Shown here: positions 36,023-45,366 of the stretch, in pieces
Numbering within the stretch: the stretch's first letter is position 1
Layout of the letters: every line of letters begins with the position of its first letter
Assembly (NCBI GenBank): GCA_963800615.1
Contig: CAWDBO010000021.1
Location: 504,166 to 568,165 of the forward strand
Reading direction: 5' to 3'
Source of the DNA: an uncultured Chloroflexia bacterium
Lineage (GTDB): Bacteria; Chloroflexota; Anaerolineae; CG2-30-64-16
Length of the DNA: 64,000 nt
Position numbers and translations under genes: made by a program
The notes under the pieces: generated by a model
The model's input: only the letters and a program-made list of their open reading frames with translations
Databases searched by the model: none
Told to the model about the DNA's origin: nothing

Positions 36023-36064
36023 GCTGAGTCTCCTTGTGAGTGAGGTGCTTGGATCAGATCGCCA

Positions 36065-36236
36065 CGAGACCTCCGAGGTCCTCGCCAGCGCTGCTGGCGC
36101 AAGACCTCGGAGGTCAACTCGGACCTCGGAAGTTAGCTCGGAGCCCCGAAGTCAGCTCGTACCTCGGAGGTCAGCCCGTATCGAGGTGAACTCGGGGACT
36201 CGGACCTCGGAGGTCAGCTCGGACCTCGGAGGATGC
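36065..36236. repeat. Array of about 8 tandem 19-20-bp repeats (consensus GACCTCGGAGGTCAGCTCG) with the same palindromic core as the 34.4-kb hairpins
   Basis: Read directly; lies between the amidohydrolase 3' end and the MttB-1 RBS. Confidence 0.65.
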
Positions 36237-36244
36237 TAACCCGA

Positions 36245-37638
36245 GAACTCGGGATGTACGCGGCGGAACGGCGCTGCCGCTGCGTCGCGGCAGCATAATA
36301 GTCGGCGAACTCGGCGCACAGCTGCGCGCCCGGCCGATGATCGCTTCCTCGTCCAGGCTGACGAAGGCCCCGTCGCGGCGCACGAACGCGCCGTCGACCA
36401 GCACGTCGCACGTCTCGCTGCCCGCGCCGTTCGACGCCAGGGCCCAGAAGAGCGAGTCGCGGTCCAGCGGGAAGAGGCTGCTGTTGCGCCTCAGGTCGAA
36501 GGTGATGATGTCGGCCCGCATGCCCGGCTCCAGCGCGCCCACCTCGTCGCCCAGCCCCAGCACCCGCGCGCCGCCCGCCGTCGCCAGCTCGAAGATCGTC
36601 CGCGGGTCGAGCCCCCGCAGGGCGCGCGGCATGATGTTGTGGTGCTGGAGGACGGAGAGCATGACGCTGAACAGGTTGTGCGTCACGCAGTCGGTGCCCA
36701 GGCCCACGGGCACGCCCGCCGCCAGCATGTAGGGCACGTACGCGCAGTAACCGAACCACGCATTCGTCGCCGGGCAGTGAACCAGGGCGGTCCCCGTCTC
36801 CGCCAGGACGTCGATCTCGCGCTCGTTCAGCAGCGTGCCGTGAAACAGCAGCGGTCCGCGGCCCCAGCAGGCCCGCCCCGCGCATGTGCCCGATCAGCCC
36901 GCCCTCCGCGGCCCACAGCGCATCCGATCGTTCCTTCTCGTCCGGCGATTCCGCGACGTGGACCGCGAACTGCACGCCGTGCTTCTCGGCCAGCTCCTTC
37001 GACCGGCGCAGGAAGCGGTCGTTGCAGTTGAACGTCGCATTCGGGTGGACCCCCACCCGGATCAGCCCGCCGGCCGCGCCGTGATGGTCGCGGATCGCGG
37101 CCTCGGTGTGCGCCAGGTACTCGGCCTCGTCGCGCGCATCGGGCAGGGCCACGCTGGTGATCATCTGCGGGTGGATCACCGTTCGCGCGCCCGCCGCCAC
37201 CGACGCGCGGTAGATCGCCTCGGGGAAGATCATCGCATCCGCGTGGGTCGTCGCGCCGTGCTTGAGGACGTTGACCAGCCCGAACAGGGTCAGGTCGTAC
37301 GCGCGCTCTTCCGTGAGCCAGTTGTAGGCGGGCCAGTAGATGCGATCCATCGCATCCACGATCCCGGCCACCGGCTCCTGCAGCCAGCCCGGGATCAGCA
37401 GCGTGTGCGCCTCGCCGAGATGGTTGTGGGCGTCCACCAGCCCGGGCATGACCAGCTTGTCGCTCGCGTCGAGCGTCTCGATCCCCGGCCGCCCCCCGAC
37501 CAGCGCCTCGATCTCGGCCGTCGGCCCCACCGCCGCGATCCGCGCGCCCTCCACGTACACCGCGCCGCCCTCGACGATGGCGCCCGCGTCCGCCCGGCGC
37601 ACCAGGTAGCGGCAGTTGCGGATGAGGATTCCGTTCAT
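36245..37638 (-). CDS. Amidohydrolase-superfamily deaminase (MtaD / guanine-deaminase / SAH-deaminase-like); 2 frameshifts; 3' end inside the repeat array, exact stop uncertain
   Basis: N-terminus MNGILIRNCRYLV..MPGLVDAHNHLGE (HxH metal site) in 36214..37638; C-terminal pieces in 36827..38590 and 36171..36737 (..PVGLGTDCVTHN..). Confidence 0.6.
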
Positions 37639-37649
37639 GCGCCCCCGCG

Positions 37650-38590
37650 CCTACTCGCGCGCGTACGGCACGCCCAGCTGGCTCGGCGCCTCCGAGCGCG
37701 CCCGGTTGACCATCATTGCGACGATCGCAAAGACATACGGGATCGCCAGCAGGATCTGGTACGGGATCTGCACGCCGATGCCCTGCACCTGGAGCTGGAA
37801 CGCATCGAGCAGCGCGAAGATCAGCGCGGCCAGCGTGATCCGCCACGGCAGCCAGTTGCCCTGCGATGACGATCACGATGGCGAGCCACCCCCGCCCCGC
37901 CGTGATCCCCGGCACGAACCGGGGCGACGCGCCCAGGGTGAGGGCCGCGCCCGCCAGCCCCGCCATCAGCCCGCCGAAGATGGTCGCCAGGTAGCGCAGC
38001 CGGGCCACGTTCACGCCCTTCGTGTCGACCGCCTTGGGGCTCTCGCCCACCGCCCGCAGCTGCAGCCCGTACTTGGTCCGGTACATGAAGAACCAGATCA
38101 CCGGCACCAGCAGGAAGGCCAGGTACGTCAGCGGCCGCTGCCCGAAGAGCACGGGGCCGGCAATGGGCAGGTCGGACAGCACCGGGATGTTCACCGGGTC
38201 GAACAGCCGGATGGTGACCAGGTCGCCCCGGAGGCCGAAGACCAGGCGCAGCAGGAACACCGACAGCCCCGCGCCGAGCAGGTTCAGCGCCATGCCGGTC
38301 ACGATCTGCTCCACCTTGAGCGTCACGGCCATGAACGCCATCAGCAGCGCCATCAGCCCGCCCGTCGCGGCCCCGGCCAGCAGGCCCAGCAGCAGCGAAT
38401 TGGTCCAGAAGGTCACGACGTAGCTGGTGAACGCGCTCAGCAGCATCATCCCTTCCACGCCCAGGTTCATGACGCCCGAGCGCTCGGTGACCATCTCGCC
38501 CAGCGCGGCCAGCAGCAGCGGCGTCGCCAGGCGCAGCGTGGAAGCCAGGATGCTAGCGATGACTGCCGTCTGCAGCAGCTGAGTCGGCAT
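37650..38590 (-). CDS. BMP-family ABC transporter permease 2; one frameshift
   Basis: N-terminal 240 aa in ORF 36827..38590 (MPTQLLQTAVIAS..); C-terminus ..FAIVAMMVNRARSEAPSQLGVPYARE then TAG near 37650. Confidence 0.55.
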
Positions 38591-39704
38591 CGGTTATCCT
38601 CTTGATCCGGAAGCGTGCGAGCACGAACGCGGCCAGCACGCACAACAGCAGGATGGCCTGCATCGCCTCGATAATCGCGGACGAAACGCCCGTCGTCGTC
38701 TGGAGCCGGGCCGCGCCGTTGGTCAGCCCGCCGAACAGGACCGCGGCCAGCACCACGCCCAGCGGATCGAGGTTGGCGAGCATCGCCACGATGATGCCCG
38801 TGTAGCCCAGCCCCGAGGCCAGGTCGAGCACCAGGCGGTACTGCACGCCGAACAGCTCGCCCGCGCCGGCCAGCCCCGCCAGCCCCCCGCTCAGGATCAT
38901 CACGACGACGATCGTGAGCGGTACGTTCGTGCCCTTGAACCGCACCGCGGTCGGATTGAAACCGAGCGCCCGTATCTCGAAGCCCAGCGGCGTCCGGTCC
39001 AGCAGGATCTTCACGAACGCAGCCGCGAGGAGCGCCACGAAGAGCCCGATGTGCAGGCCGGAGGCGGGCACAAGGTTCGGGAACCGCAGCGGCGCAGGGA
39101 TCAGCAGCGACTGCTGGTAGGCCGAGCTCGGGTCCTTCCAGGGACCGCCGTTCGAGACCATGAAGGCCACGAAATAGAGCATGATGTAGTTCAGCATCAT
39201 GGTGGAGATGATCTCGTCCACCCGGAAGCGCACCTTGAGCAGGCCGGATATCGCGCCCAGCAGCGCGCCGCCCGCCAGCGCAAAGACGAAGACCAGGACG
39301 AACAGCACCGGCCGTGGGTAGCTGCTGAACAGGGTGTAGGCGAAGAACCCGGCCGCGCCGCCCGCGATGAGCTGCCCCTCCTGCCCGATGTTCCAGATCT
39401 TGGCCCGGAAGGCGACGGCGGCCGACAGGCCGGTCAGGGTGAGGGTGGTGGCGCGCACCATCGTCTGCAGGACCGCCCGCCGGGTGCCGAACGCGCCCAG
39501 GAACAGCGCGCCGAATGCTTCGGCCACGTTCACCTTGGCGATGAGCAGAAACACGCTCGAAATCGCCAGGCCGACGATAATGGCAACTACGATCCACAGC
39601 ACCTGCGACCAGCGGCCCGCGTCCTCGCGCTGCTCGACGCGCCACCGCGGCCTTCTCCCGGCGTCCTGGGTCTCGGCTGCGAGGGATGTGTCGGGGTTGG
39701 TCAT
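38553..39704 (-). CDS. BMP-family ABC transporter permease 1
   Basis: ATG (MTNPDTSLAAETQ..) in an ATGA overlap with the upstream ATPase stop; about 380 aa with multiple TM helices (ORF 38553..40070). Confidence 0.65.
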   Translation of the reverse strand: MTNPDTSLAAETQDAGRRPRWRVEQREDAGRWSQVLWIVVAIIVGLAISSVFLLIAKVNVAEAFGALFLGAFGTRRAVLQTMVRATTLTLTGLSAAVAFRAKIWNIGQEGQLIAGGAAGFFAYTLFSSYPRPVLFVLVFVFALAGGALLGAISGLLKVRFRVDEIISTMMLNYIMLYFVAFMVSNGGPWKDPSSAYQQSLLIPAPLRFPNLVPASGLHIGLFVALLAAAFVKILLDRTPLGFEIRALGFNPTAVRFKGTNVPLTIVVVMILSGGLAGLAGAGELFGVQYRLVLDLASGLGYTGIIVAMLANLDPLGVVLAAVLFGGLTNGAARLQTTTGVSSAIIEAMQAILLLCVLAAFVLARFRIKRITDADSAAADGSHR

Positions 39705-41221
39705 GCTACCTCGTCCACGCAGCCCGCCATCAGCAGGCCGATCTGCTCCAGCCTGGCCTCCCCGGCTTCGAACACGCCCATGATCTGCCCCTTGTAGAGC
39801 ACCGCAATCCGGTCCGACAGGTCCATGATCTCGTCCAGATCTTCGGAGCTCAGCAGGATGCCCACGCCCTCCGCCCGCTTCTCCAGCAGCCTCCGGTGTA
39901 CGTATTCGATCACCCCCACGTCCAGGCCCCGCGTCGGCTGGTTCGCCAGCAGGGCCTGCGGGCAGTGGGTGAACTCGCGCGCCAGGATGATCTTCTGGAT
40001 GTTGCCGCCCGACAGGTGCTTCGTCGTCTGCTGCAGCGATGGCGTCTTGATCTCGAACGTCGAGACGCACATCTTTGCGAACTTCCGGATTTGCGGGAAG
40101 TTCAGGAACGGCCCGCGGCGGTACATCTGCGAGCGCTGCTGTCCGAGCAGCAGGTTCTCCGTCACCGAGAATTCGGGCACCAGGCCCTCGTGCAGCCGGT
40201 CCTCCGGCACGTGACCCACGCCCCGGTGCATCAGGTGGCCGGCCGACCGGTTCGTCACGTCCTCACCTTCGAGCAGCACCTGTCCCGACGTCGCCTTGCG
40301 CACGCCCGCGATGACCTCGAACAGCTCCTTCTGGCCGTTGCCCGAGATGGCTGCGAGCCCCAGGATTTCCCCCCGGCGCAGGGTCAGCGAAACCCCGCGC
40401 AGCGCCTCTTGCCCCCGGTCCCCCAGCGCGTGCAGGTCCTTGACCTCCAGCACGGTCTCGCTGCCGGGCGGGCAGTCCTTGTGGACGCTGAAGACGACTT
40501 CCCGGCCCACCATCATCCGCGCCAGGTCGGCCTTGCTCACGTCCGCGGTGTTGACGGTCGCGACGTACCGGCCCCGCCGGAACACGGTCACCCGGTCCGA
40601 CACCTGTTTGACCTCGTTGAGCTTGTGGGTGATCAGGATGATCGACAGGCCGCGCCGGGTCATCGCGCGGATCGTGAGGAAGAACTTCTCGGTTTCCAGC
40701 GGCGTCAGCACGGCCGTCGGCTCGTCGAGGATGAGCAATTCCGAGCCGACATAGAGGGCCTTGAGGATTTCAACCCACTGCTGCTCGCCCACCGAAAGCT
40801 GCCAGATGCGCGCGTGCAGGTCCAGTTGGATCCCGTACTCTTCGCACAGCTTCCGGAGCGCGGCTTCCACCTGCCGCAGGTCCGGGACGACGGGGGAGCC
40901 TGGCGTCCCGACGATGACGTTCTCGATCACCGTCAGGGGCGCCACCAGCGCGAAATGCTGGTGCACCATGCCGATGCCCAGCCGGATCGCGTCGCTCGGC
41001 GAGGTCAGCTTGACCGGCTGTCCCTTGTAGAAAATGCGGCCGGAGTCGGGATGGTAGAAGCCGTACAGGCACTCGGCCAGGGTCGACTTGCCCGCGCCGT
41101 TCTCGCCCAGCAGGCAGTGGATTTCGCCCCTCCGCACATCCAGCGAGACCGCGTCGTTCGCCACCACCTGGCCGAAACGCTTGGTCAGGGCTTCGACCCT
41201 CACGATGGATGTTTCTTCCAT
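39701..41221 (-). CDS. BMP-associated ABC transporter ATP-binding protein, duplicated NBD
   Basis: ATG at about 41221 (MEETSIVRVEALTKRFGQVVANDAVSL..GENGAGKSTL); intact 506 aa. Confidence 0.8.
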   Translation of the reverse strand: MEETSIVRVEALTKRFGQVVANDAVSLDVRRGEIHCLLGENGAGKSTLAECLYGFYHPDSGRIFYKGQPVKLTSPSDAIRLGIGMVHQHFALVAPLTVIENVIVGTPGSPVVPDLRQVEAALRKLCEEYGIQLDLHARIWQLSVGEQQWVEILKALYVGSELLILDEPTAVLTPLETEKFFLTIRAMTRRGLSIILITHKLNEVKQVSDRVTVFRRGRYVATVNTADVSKADLARMMVGREVVFSVHKDCPPGSETVLEVKDLHALGDRGQEALRGVSLTLRRGEILGLAAISGNGQKELFEVIAGVRKATSGQVLLEGEDVTNRSAGHLMHRGVGHVPEDRLHEGLVPEFSVTENLLLGQQRSQMYRRGPFLNFPQIRKFAKMCVSTFEIKTPSLQQTTKHLSGGNIQKIILAREFTHCPQALLANQPTRGLDVGVIEYVHRRLLEKRAEGVGILLSSEDLDEIMDLSDRIAVLYKGQIMGVFEAGEARLEQIGLLMAGCVDEVA

Positions 41222-41348
41222 GCGCCTCTTGCTAACCGTCGTGCTCTCGAACCGGCGCCGCTTGGCGCCCGCTCTATGAGCAGGGAGAGGTGTCTCCCGC
41301 GCTCGGGCGGAAGACACCTCTTCGCGTCATGACTTGCGTCCGTGTCCG

Positions 41349-42524
41349 CTACTGATCGGATTTCGGGGTGTCGATATTGACGGGCACCGTGAACTTGCCG
41401 CTCATGATGTCGGCCTGCTTGGCCTTGATCGCGTCCAGCACGTCCTGCGGCACCTGGGCGGCCTGCGGGTTCCAGCCCGCCAGGTCCGATCCGCCGTCCT
41501 TCATGCCGAACCAGACCGGCTTGTCGTTGCCGGCCCACGGCTTGCCTTCGGCCGCATGCGCGTACCACTGGTCGATGGCCCACTTGATCCCCGGGTCCCA
41601 CCGGGCCACGGTGCTGTTGGGCACGTTCTTCGGTGCCAGCGCGCTCTGGTCGCCGAAGTTGCCGAAGCACTGGATGTTCTTCGACGTGCAGGCTTCCCAC
41701 CCGTCGGCGAGCTGCAGCATGTAGTCGACGCCGGCCGCGGCCTGCGCGCTCGTCGCCTCCGCGCCCTTGATCGGGTCGTACCAGCTCTGGATGAACGAAA
41801 CCGTCGTCTTCACGTTCGGGTTCGCATCCTTCGCGCCCTGGAAGAACGCGTTGATCTCGTCGTTGACGTCGTCGGCTTCGAAGGTGCCCACCGCGCCGAC
41901 CCGGTTGGTCTTGGTCATCTTGCCTGCCATCATGCCCAGCAGGTAAGCCGGCTCGTGCACCCGCATATACACCCACTGCTGGTTCTTGCCGAGCCCGCGG
42001 TTGCCCGAGCCTGTCACCACGAACATCGTGTTCGGGTACTGGTCCATCACCTTCTCGACCTGGTCCGAGTAGGTGCTGTTCGTCCAGATGATGTCATACT
42101 TGCCGCTGTCGGCATAGTTCTGAATCACCGGCGTGGCGTCGTCGCCAAACGTGTTGTCGGTCACCTGGTAGGTGATGTTCAGCCCGTGGGGGCTTTCGGC
42201 CTTGACGCGGTCCAGTGACTTCAGGAACTGCGCGTCCCACTGGCTTTCGAGGCTGCAGCAGGTGATGACGGCGATACGGAGGTCCTTGGGTGCGGCGCCG
42301 CTGCTCGCGGCCGGGGCCTTTGTCGGCTCAGCTGCCGGCGCTTGTGCCGCGGGTGCCTTCGTCGGCTCGGCCGCGGGTGCTTGGGCTGCCGGCGCCTGTG
42401 TCGCAGGTGCCTGGGCAGGTGCGGCAGGGGCCGGCGCGGCGGGCGCTGCGCAGGCCGCGGTGACGAGGATCACCACGACCAGTGCAACTGCGAGGACAGC
42501 GAGTGAGTTCCTTCTCTCCAGCAT
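41349..42524 (-). CDS. BMP-family (PnrA/Med-like, nucleoside-type) ABC substrate-binding lipoprotein
   Basis: ATG at 42524 with AGGAGGAAGG RBS; lipobox LVTAACAAP; APA/QAP linker; BMP fold. Confidence 0.8.
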   Translation of the reverse strand: MLERRNSLAVLAVALVVVILVTAACAAPAAPAPAAPAQAPATQAPAAQAPAAEPTKAPAAQAPAAEPTKAPAASSGAAPKDLRIAVITCCSLESQWDAQFLKSLDRVKAESPHGLNITYQVTDNTFGDDATPVIQNYADSGKYDIIWTNSTYSDQVEKVMDQYPNTMFVVTGSGNRGLGKNQQWVYMRVHEPAYLLGMMAGKMTKTNRVGAVGTFEADDVNDEINAFFQGAKDANPNVKTTVSFIQSWYDPIKGAEATSAQAAAGVDYMLQLADGWEACTSKNIQCFGNFGDQSALAPKNVPNSTVARWDPGIKWAIDQWYAHAAEGKPWAGNDKPVWFGMKDGGSDLAGWNPQAAQVPQDVLDAIKAKQADIMSGKFTVPVNIDTPKSDQ

Positions 42525-42614
42525 GACCTTCCTCCTGTTTGCTGTGTTTGTAAGCGTCGCGCATTGCGCTGTATTTGTAAGCGTCGCGCCGGGATGGGCC
42601 GGCGCTCCATCCTC

Positions 42615-42649
42615 CCCCTCTCCTGACCCGCAGGTCAGGAGAGGGGGCC
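42615..42649 (-). terminator. 15-bp perfect-stem hairpin (CCCCCTCTCCTGACC-CGCA-GGTCAGGAGAGGGGG) immediately 3' of MttB-2
   Basis: Read directly; lies between the MttB-2 stop (42662) and the direct-repeat element upstream of the BMP operon. Confidence 0.45.
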
Positions 42650-42661
42650 AGGGGGTGAGGT

Positions 42662-44035
42662 TCAGTTCAGAGGCAACCCCCACCCTTTCGCCTCCTGCTT
42701 TATCTCCTCGTAAAGACCCATCCATTCACGGCTCGGCTCGACCGTCTCGACGTCGTAGACCTCGTCAAACGGCCGGCCGTACGGCTTCTTGTCAAGCTGC
42801 TCGCGATACGCTTCGTACGCGCACCGCACGATCTCGTCCGCGCGGCCCCGCTCCAGCCCGGCCGCCGCCCGCATGACCTCTCCGTTGAAACGCGCCTCGA
42901 GCCCGCTGAAGTGGGCCGGAATGCTGCCGGTGGCCGAGCGCGGGCCCAGGATGCGGCTGCAGCCGGAAACGGTGCAGAGCGTCGTAAAGGCAACGCATTC
43001 GTGTAGTAACACTCTCGTCCCGGGACCGCCCACGGGCGTCAGGGTCATGTTCGTCATCAGGTGCGTGTTCCGGGCCAGCGCCTGGCAGGCGAGGCTCGTC
43101 GCCTGCATGACCTCTTTTCCCGTATCGTTGAACTGGAACGGGTGCGTCGGCGACGACCCGACGCAGGTTGCCATGAAGACCGCGCTGAGCGCGATCATCG
43201 CCGCCGTTATCAGGACGGCCTGGCCTTCGACGCCGCCCCCCAGCCCGCCGTAGATCGGGTTGGCGTAGGGATCGACGATCCCGCCCATCCGGATGGCGTG
43301 CGTTAGCTTGTTAAGGATATCGAAGTTCGTCTTGAGCTCGGACAGGATGCCGAACGTGTGCAGGTCGGTCGACCGAAGTCCCAGGGGATTCGCCGTCGAA
43401 AGCTGACCGGCAGCGCTCATGCTCAACATCACGCCGGTCCACGCCATGCCCGGCCGGCCTGCGCGCTCCAGAACCTGCCGCATCAGGTCGACCTCTTCCC
43501 ACGCCGCGAGGATCTCGGTGGGCGAGCCGACCCGGATCTCCTGGCCGCGCACGGTCATCAGGCTCGGCGCACAGGTCACGTCGACCAGCGGCTCTTTCAC
43601 GTAGCTGAGCATCACGGGAACGAACAATTCCTCCGGCAGCGGCGAGCCGATCGGACTGCCCATGTTCAGGGGTGGAAATGCAGCGCCAATTGGCCGGAAG
43701 CGTTCGTGGACCGCGTCGGTTCCGGTTCCCTCCCATACGTCGGCAGGCGCCTCACGTAGGAGGTCGAGGAGCTCCTGCCGGCTGTGCAGAATAACCCGGT
43801 TGGTGGATTGGCAGTATACACCGCAGCCCGCGAGAAAGTCCAACGCGGCTTCGAAGGTGCGGTCCGCCAGGTCGTCGTCGAGGTTGACGATGTGGTCCCG
43901 GTCGACGTGGACGCCGTACGCCCGCACGACCCGGCGGATGCCCTGGGTCACTTGCCGGTTGAACGCTTCCTCTTCCAGGAGCGGGCCGGTCAGGCTGCGG
44001 TTGAGGAGTTCCAGCATCCTGCCTGTGAGGTCCAT
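42662..44035 (-). CDS. MttB-superfamily methyltransferase, non-Pyl (MttB-2)
   Basis: 457-aa uninterrupted ORF with full-length MttB-family similarity. Confidence 0.8.
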   Translation of the reverse strand: MDLTGRMLELLNRSLTGPLLEEEAFNRQVTQGIRRVVRAYGVHVDRDHIVNLDDDLADRTFEAALDFLAGCGVYCQSTNRVILHSRQELLDLLREAPADVWEGTGTDAVHERFRPIGAAFPPLNMGSPIGSPLPEELFVPVMLSYVKEPLVDVTCAPSLMTVRGQEIRVGSPTEILAAWEEVDLMRQVLERAGRPGMAWTGVMLSMSAAGQLSTANPLGLRSTDLHTFGILSELKTNFDILNKLTHAIRMGGIVDPYANPIYGGLGGGVEGQAVLITAAMIALSAVFMATCVGSSPTHPFQFNDTGKEVMQATSLACQALARNTHLMTNMTLTPVGGPGTRVLLHECVAFTTLCTVSGCSRILGPRSATGSIPAHFSGLEARFNGEVMRAAAGLERGRADEIVRCAYEAYREQLDKKPYGRPFDEVYDVETVEPSREWMGLYEEIKQEAKGWGLPLN

Positions 44036-44062
44036 CTGTGCGCCTCCGCCCTCTGATCTACG

Positions 44063-44711
44063 TCAGGCGGTCATCAGCCTGGCCGCCTGCTTCACCGCGT
44101 CGATCGCGTCGTCGCCGTAGCCGTCCGCGCCGGCCTTCCTGGCCCATTCCACGCTGACCGGCCCGCCGCCGACCAGGATTTTGAAGCGGCCGCGATGCTT
44201 GTCGCTCTCTTTTACCATGTTGATCGCGTCGCGCACGTAGGGCAGGGAGGGGAGCATCAGGGCCGAGATCGCGATGACGTCGGCCTTGAACTCGCTCGCG
44301 CCCTTCACCACGTCGAGCGGCGAGACGTTGACCCCAAGGTCGCGCACCTCGAAGCCGTTGACTTCCAGCATGGAGCGCACGATGTTCTTGCCGATGTCAT
44401 GCAGGTCGCCCTGGATGGTGCAGATTGCGACCCGGCCCCTGTACGTGGCCTCGATCTCGCCAGCCTTGACATAAGGCTTCAGCGCTTCCTGGACCGCCTT
44501 CACCACGTCGGCCGATTCCATCATCTCGGGCAGGAAGATGTCGAGCCGGCTGAACTGGTCGCCGATGTCCTGCAGGCAAGGTTGGATGCAGTCGAGGAAG
44601 ATTGCGGCCGGCGACTCGCCCGCTTCGGCCAGCCGCTGCGCCTCGGCTGCGCCGGCATCGACGTCGCCCTCCCGGATCGCGCTGTTCGAGCGCCGCGTAC
44701 AGGGGCTTCAT
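44063..44711 (-). CDS. Cobalamin-binding corrinoid protein 1 (B12-binding-2 cap plus Rossmann B12 domain, MtmC/MttC/MtgC-like); one frameshift in the cap domain
   Basis: ATG at 44711 (MKPLYAALEQR..), then ILEGDVDAGAAEAQRLAEAG..DIFLPEMMESADVV; DLHDIGKNIV (DxHxxG) in ORF 44063..44524. Confidence 0.7.
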
Positions 44712-45365
44712 GCCCGCGCCTCCACCCCTAACAGCGCCTTGCAGAGCTCGACCGCGGCCGCGGCATCGCCGGCATAGCCGTCCGCGCCTACCTCTTTGGC
44801 CCATTCTTCGGTAGCCGCGCCGCCGCCGACGATCACGCGGAAGCGCTGCCGCGCGCCGACTTCGTCGAAGACGCGGACCGTGCGCTTCGCCGCGGGCAGC
44901 GTCGTCGTCATCAGCGCCGACAGCGCGACGATCTGGCAGCCCGTTTCCTCCGCGGCCGAGAGGAACCGGCTCGGCTTCACGTCGCGGCCGAGATCGACGA
45001 CCCGGAACCCGTGCGCGGTCAGCAGCGCCTTCACGATGTTCTTGCCGATGTCGTGAACGTCGCCCTCGACCGTGCCCAGGACGACCGTGCCCAGGACCAG
45101 CGGCGCCTGACCCGCGGCCTTCGTGGCTTCTTCCAGCACCGCGGTCGCCGCCTTCGCCGCCTCGCCCGCCATCATCAGCTCGGGCAGGAAGATTTCGAAG
45201 TCCTGGAAGCGCCGGCCGACCTCGCTCAGCGTCGGCACGACCACCTCCTGCACCACCGCAAGCGGGTCCGCGCCCGCGGCCACGGCCTCCCGGGTCAGCT
45301 GCCGCGGCGCGCACGTCGTCCCCCTCGCGCAGCGCGGCGCCGAGCTCTTCGTAAATGCGTTCCAT
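44708..45365 (-). CDS. Cobalamin-binding corrinoid protein 2; one frameshift near 45300; TGA stop overlaps the corrinoid-1 ATG (ATGA)
   Basis: MERIYEELGAALREGDDVRAA.. then TREAVAAGADPLAVVQEVVVPTLSEVGRRFQDFEIFLPELMMAGEAAKAA...VEGDVHDIGKNIV...; contains in-frame 15-bp tandem duplication (VLGTVVLGTV). Confidence 0.7.
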
Positions 45366-45366
45366 T

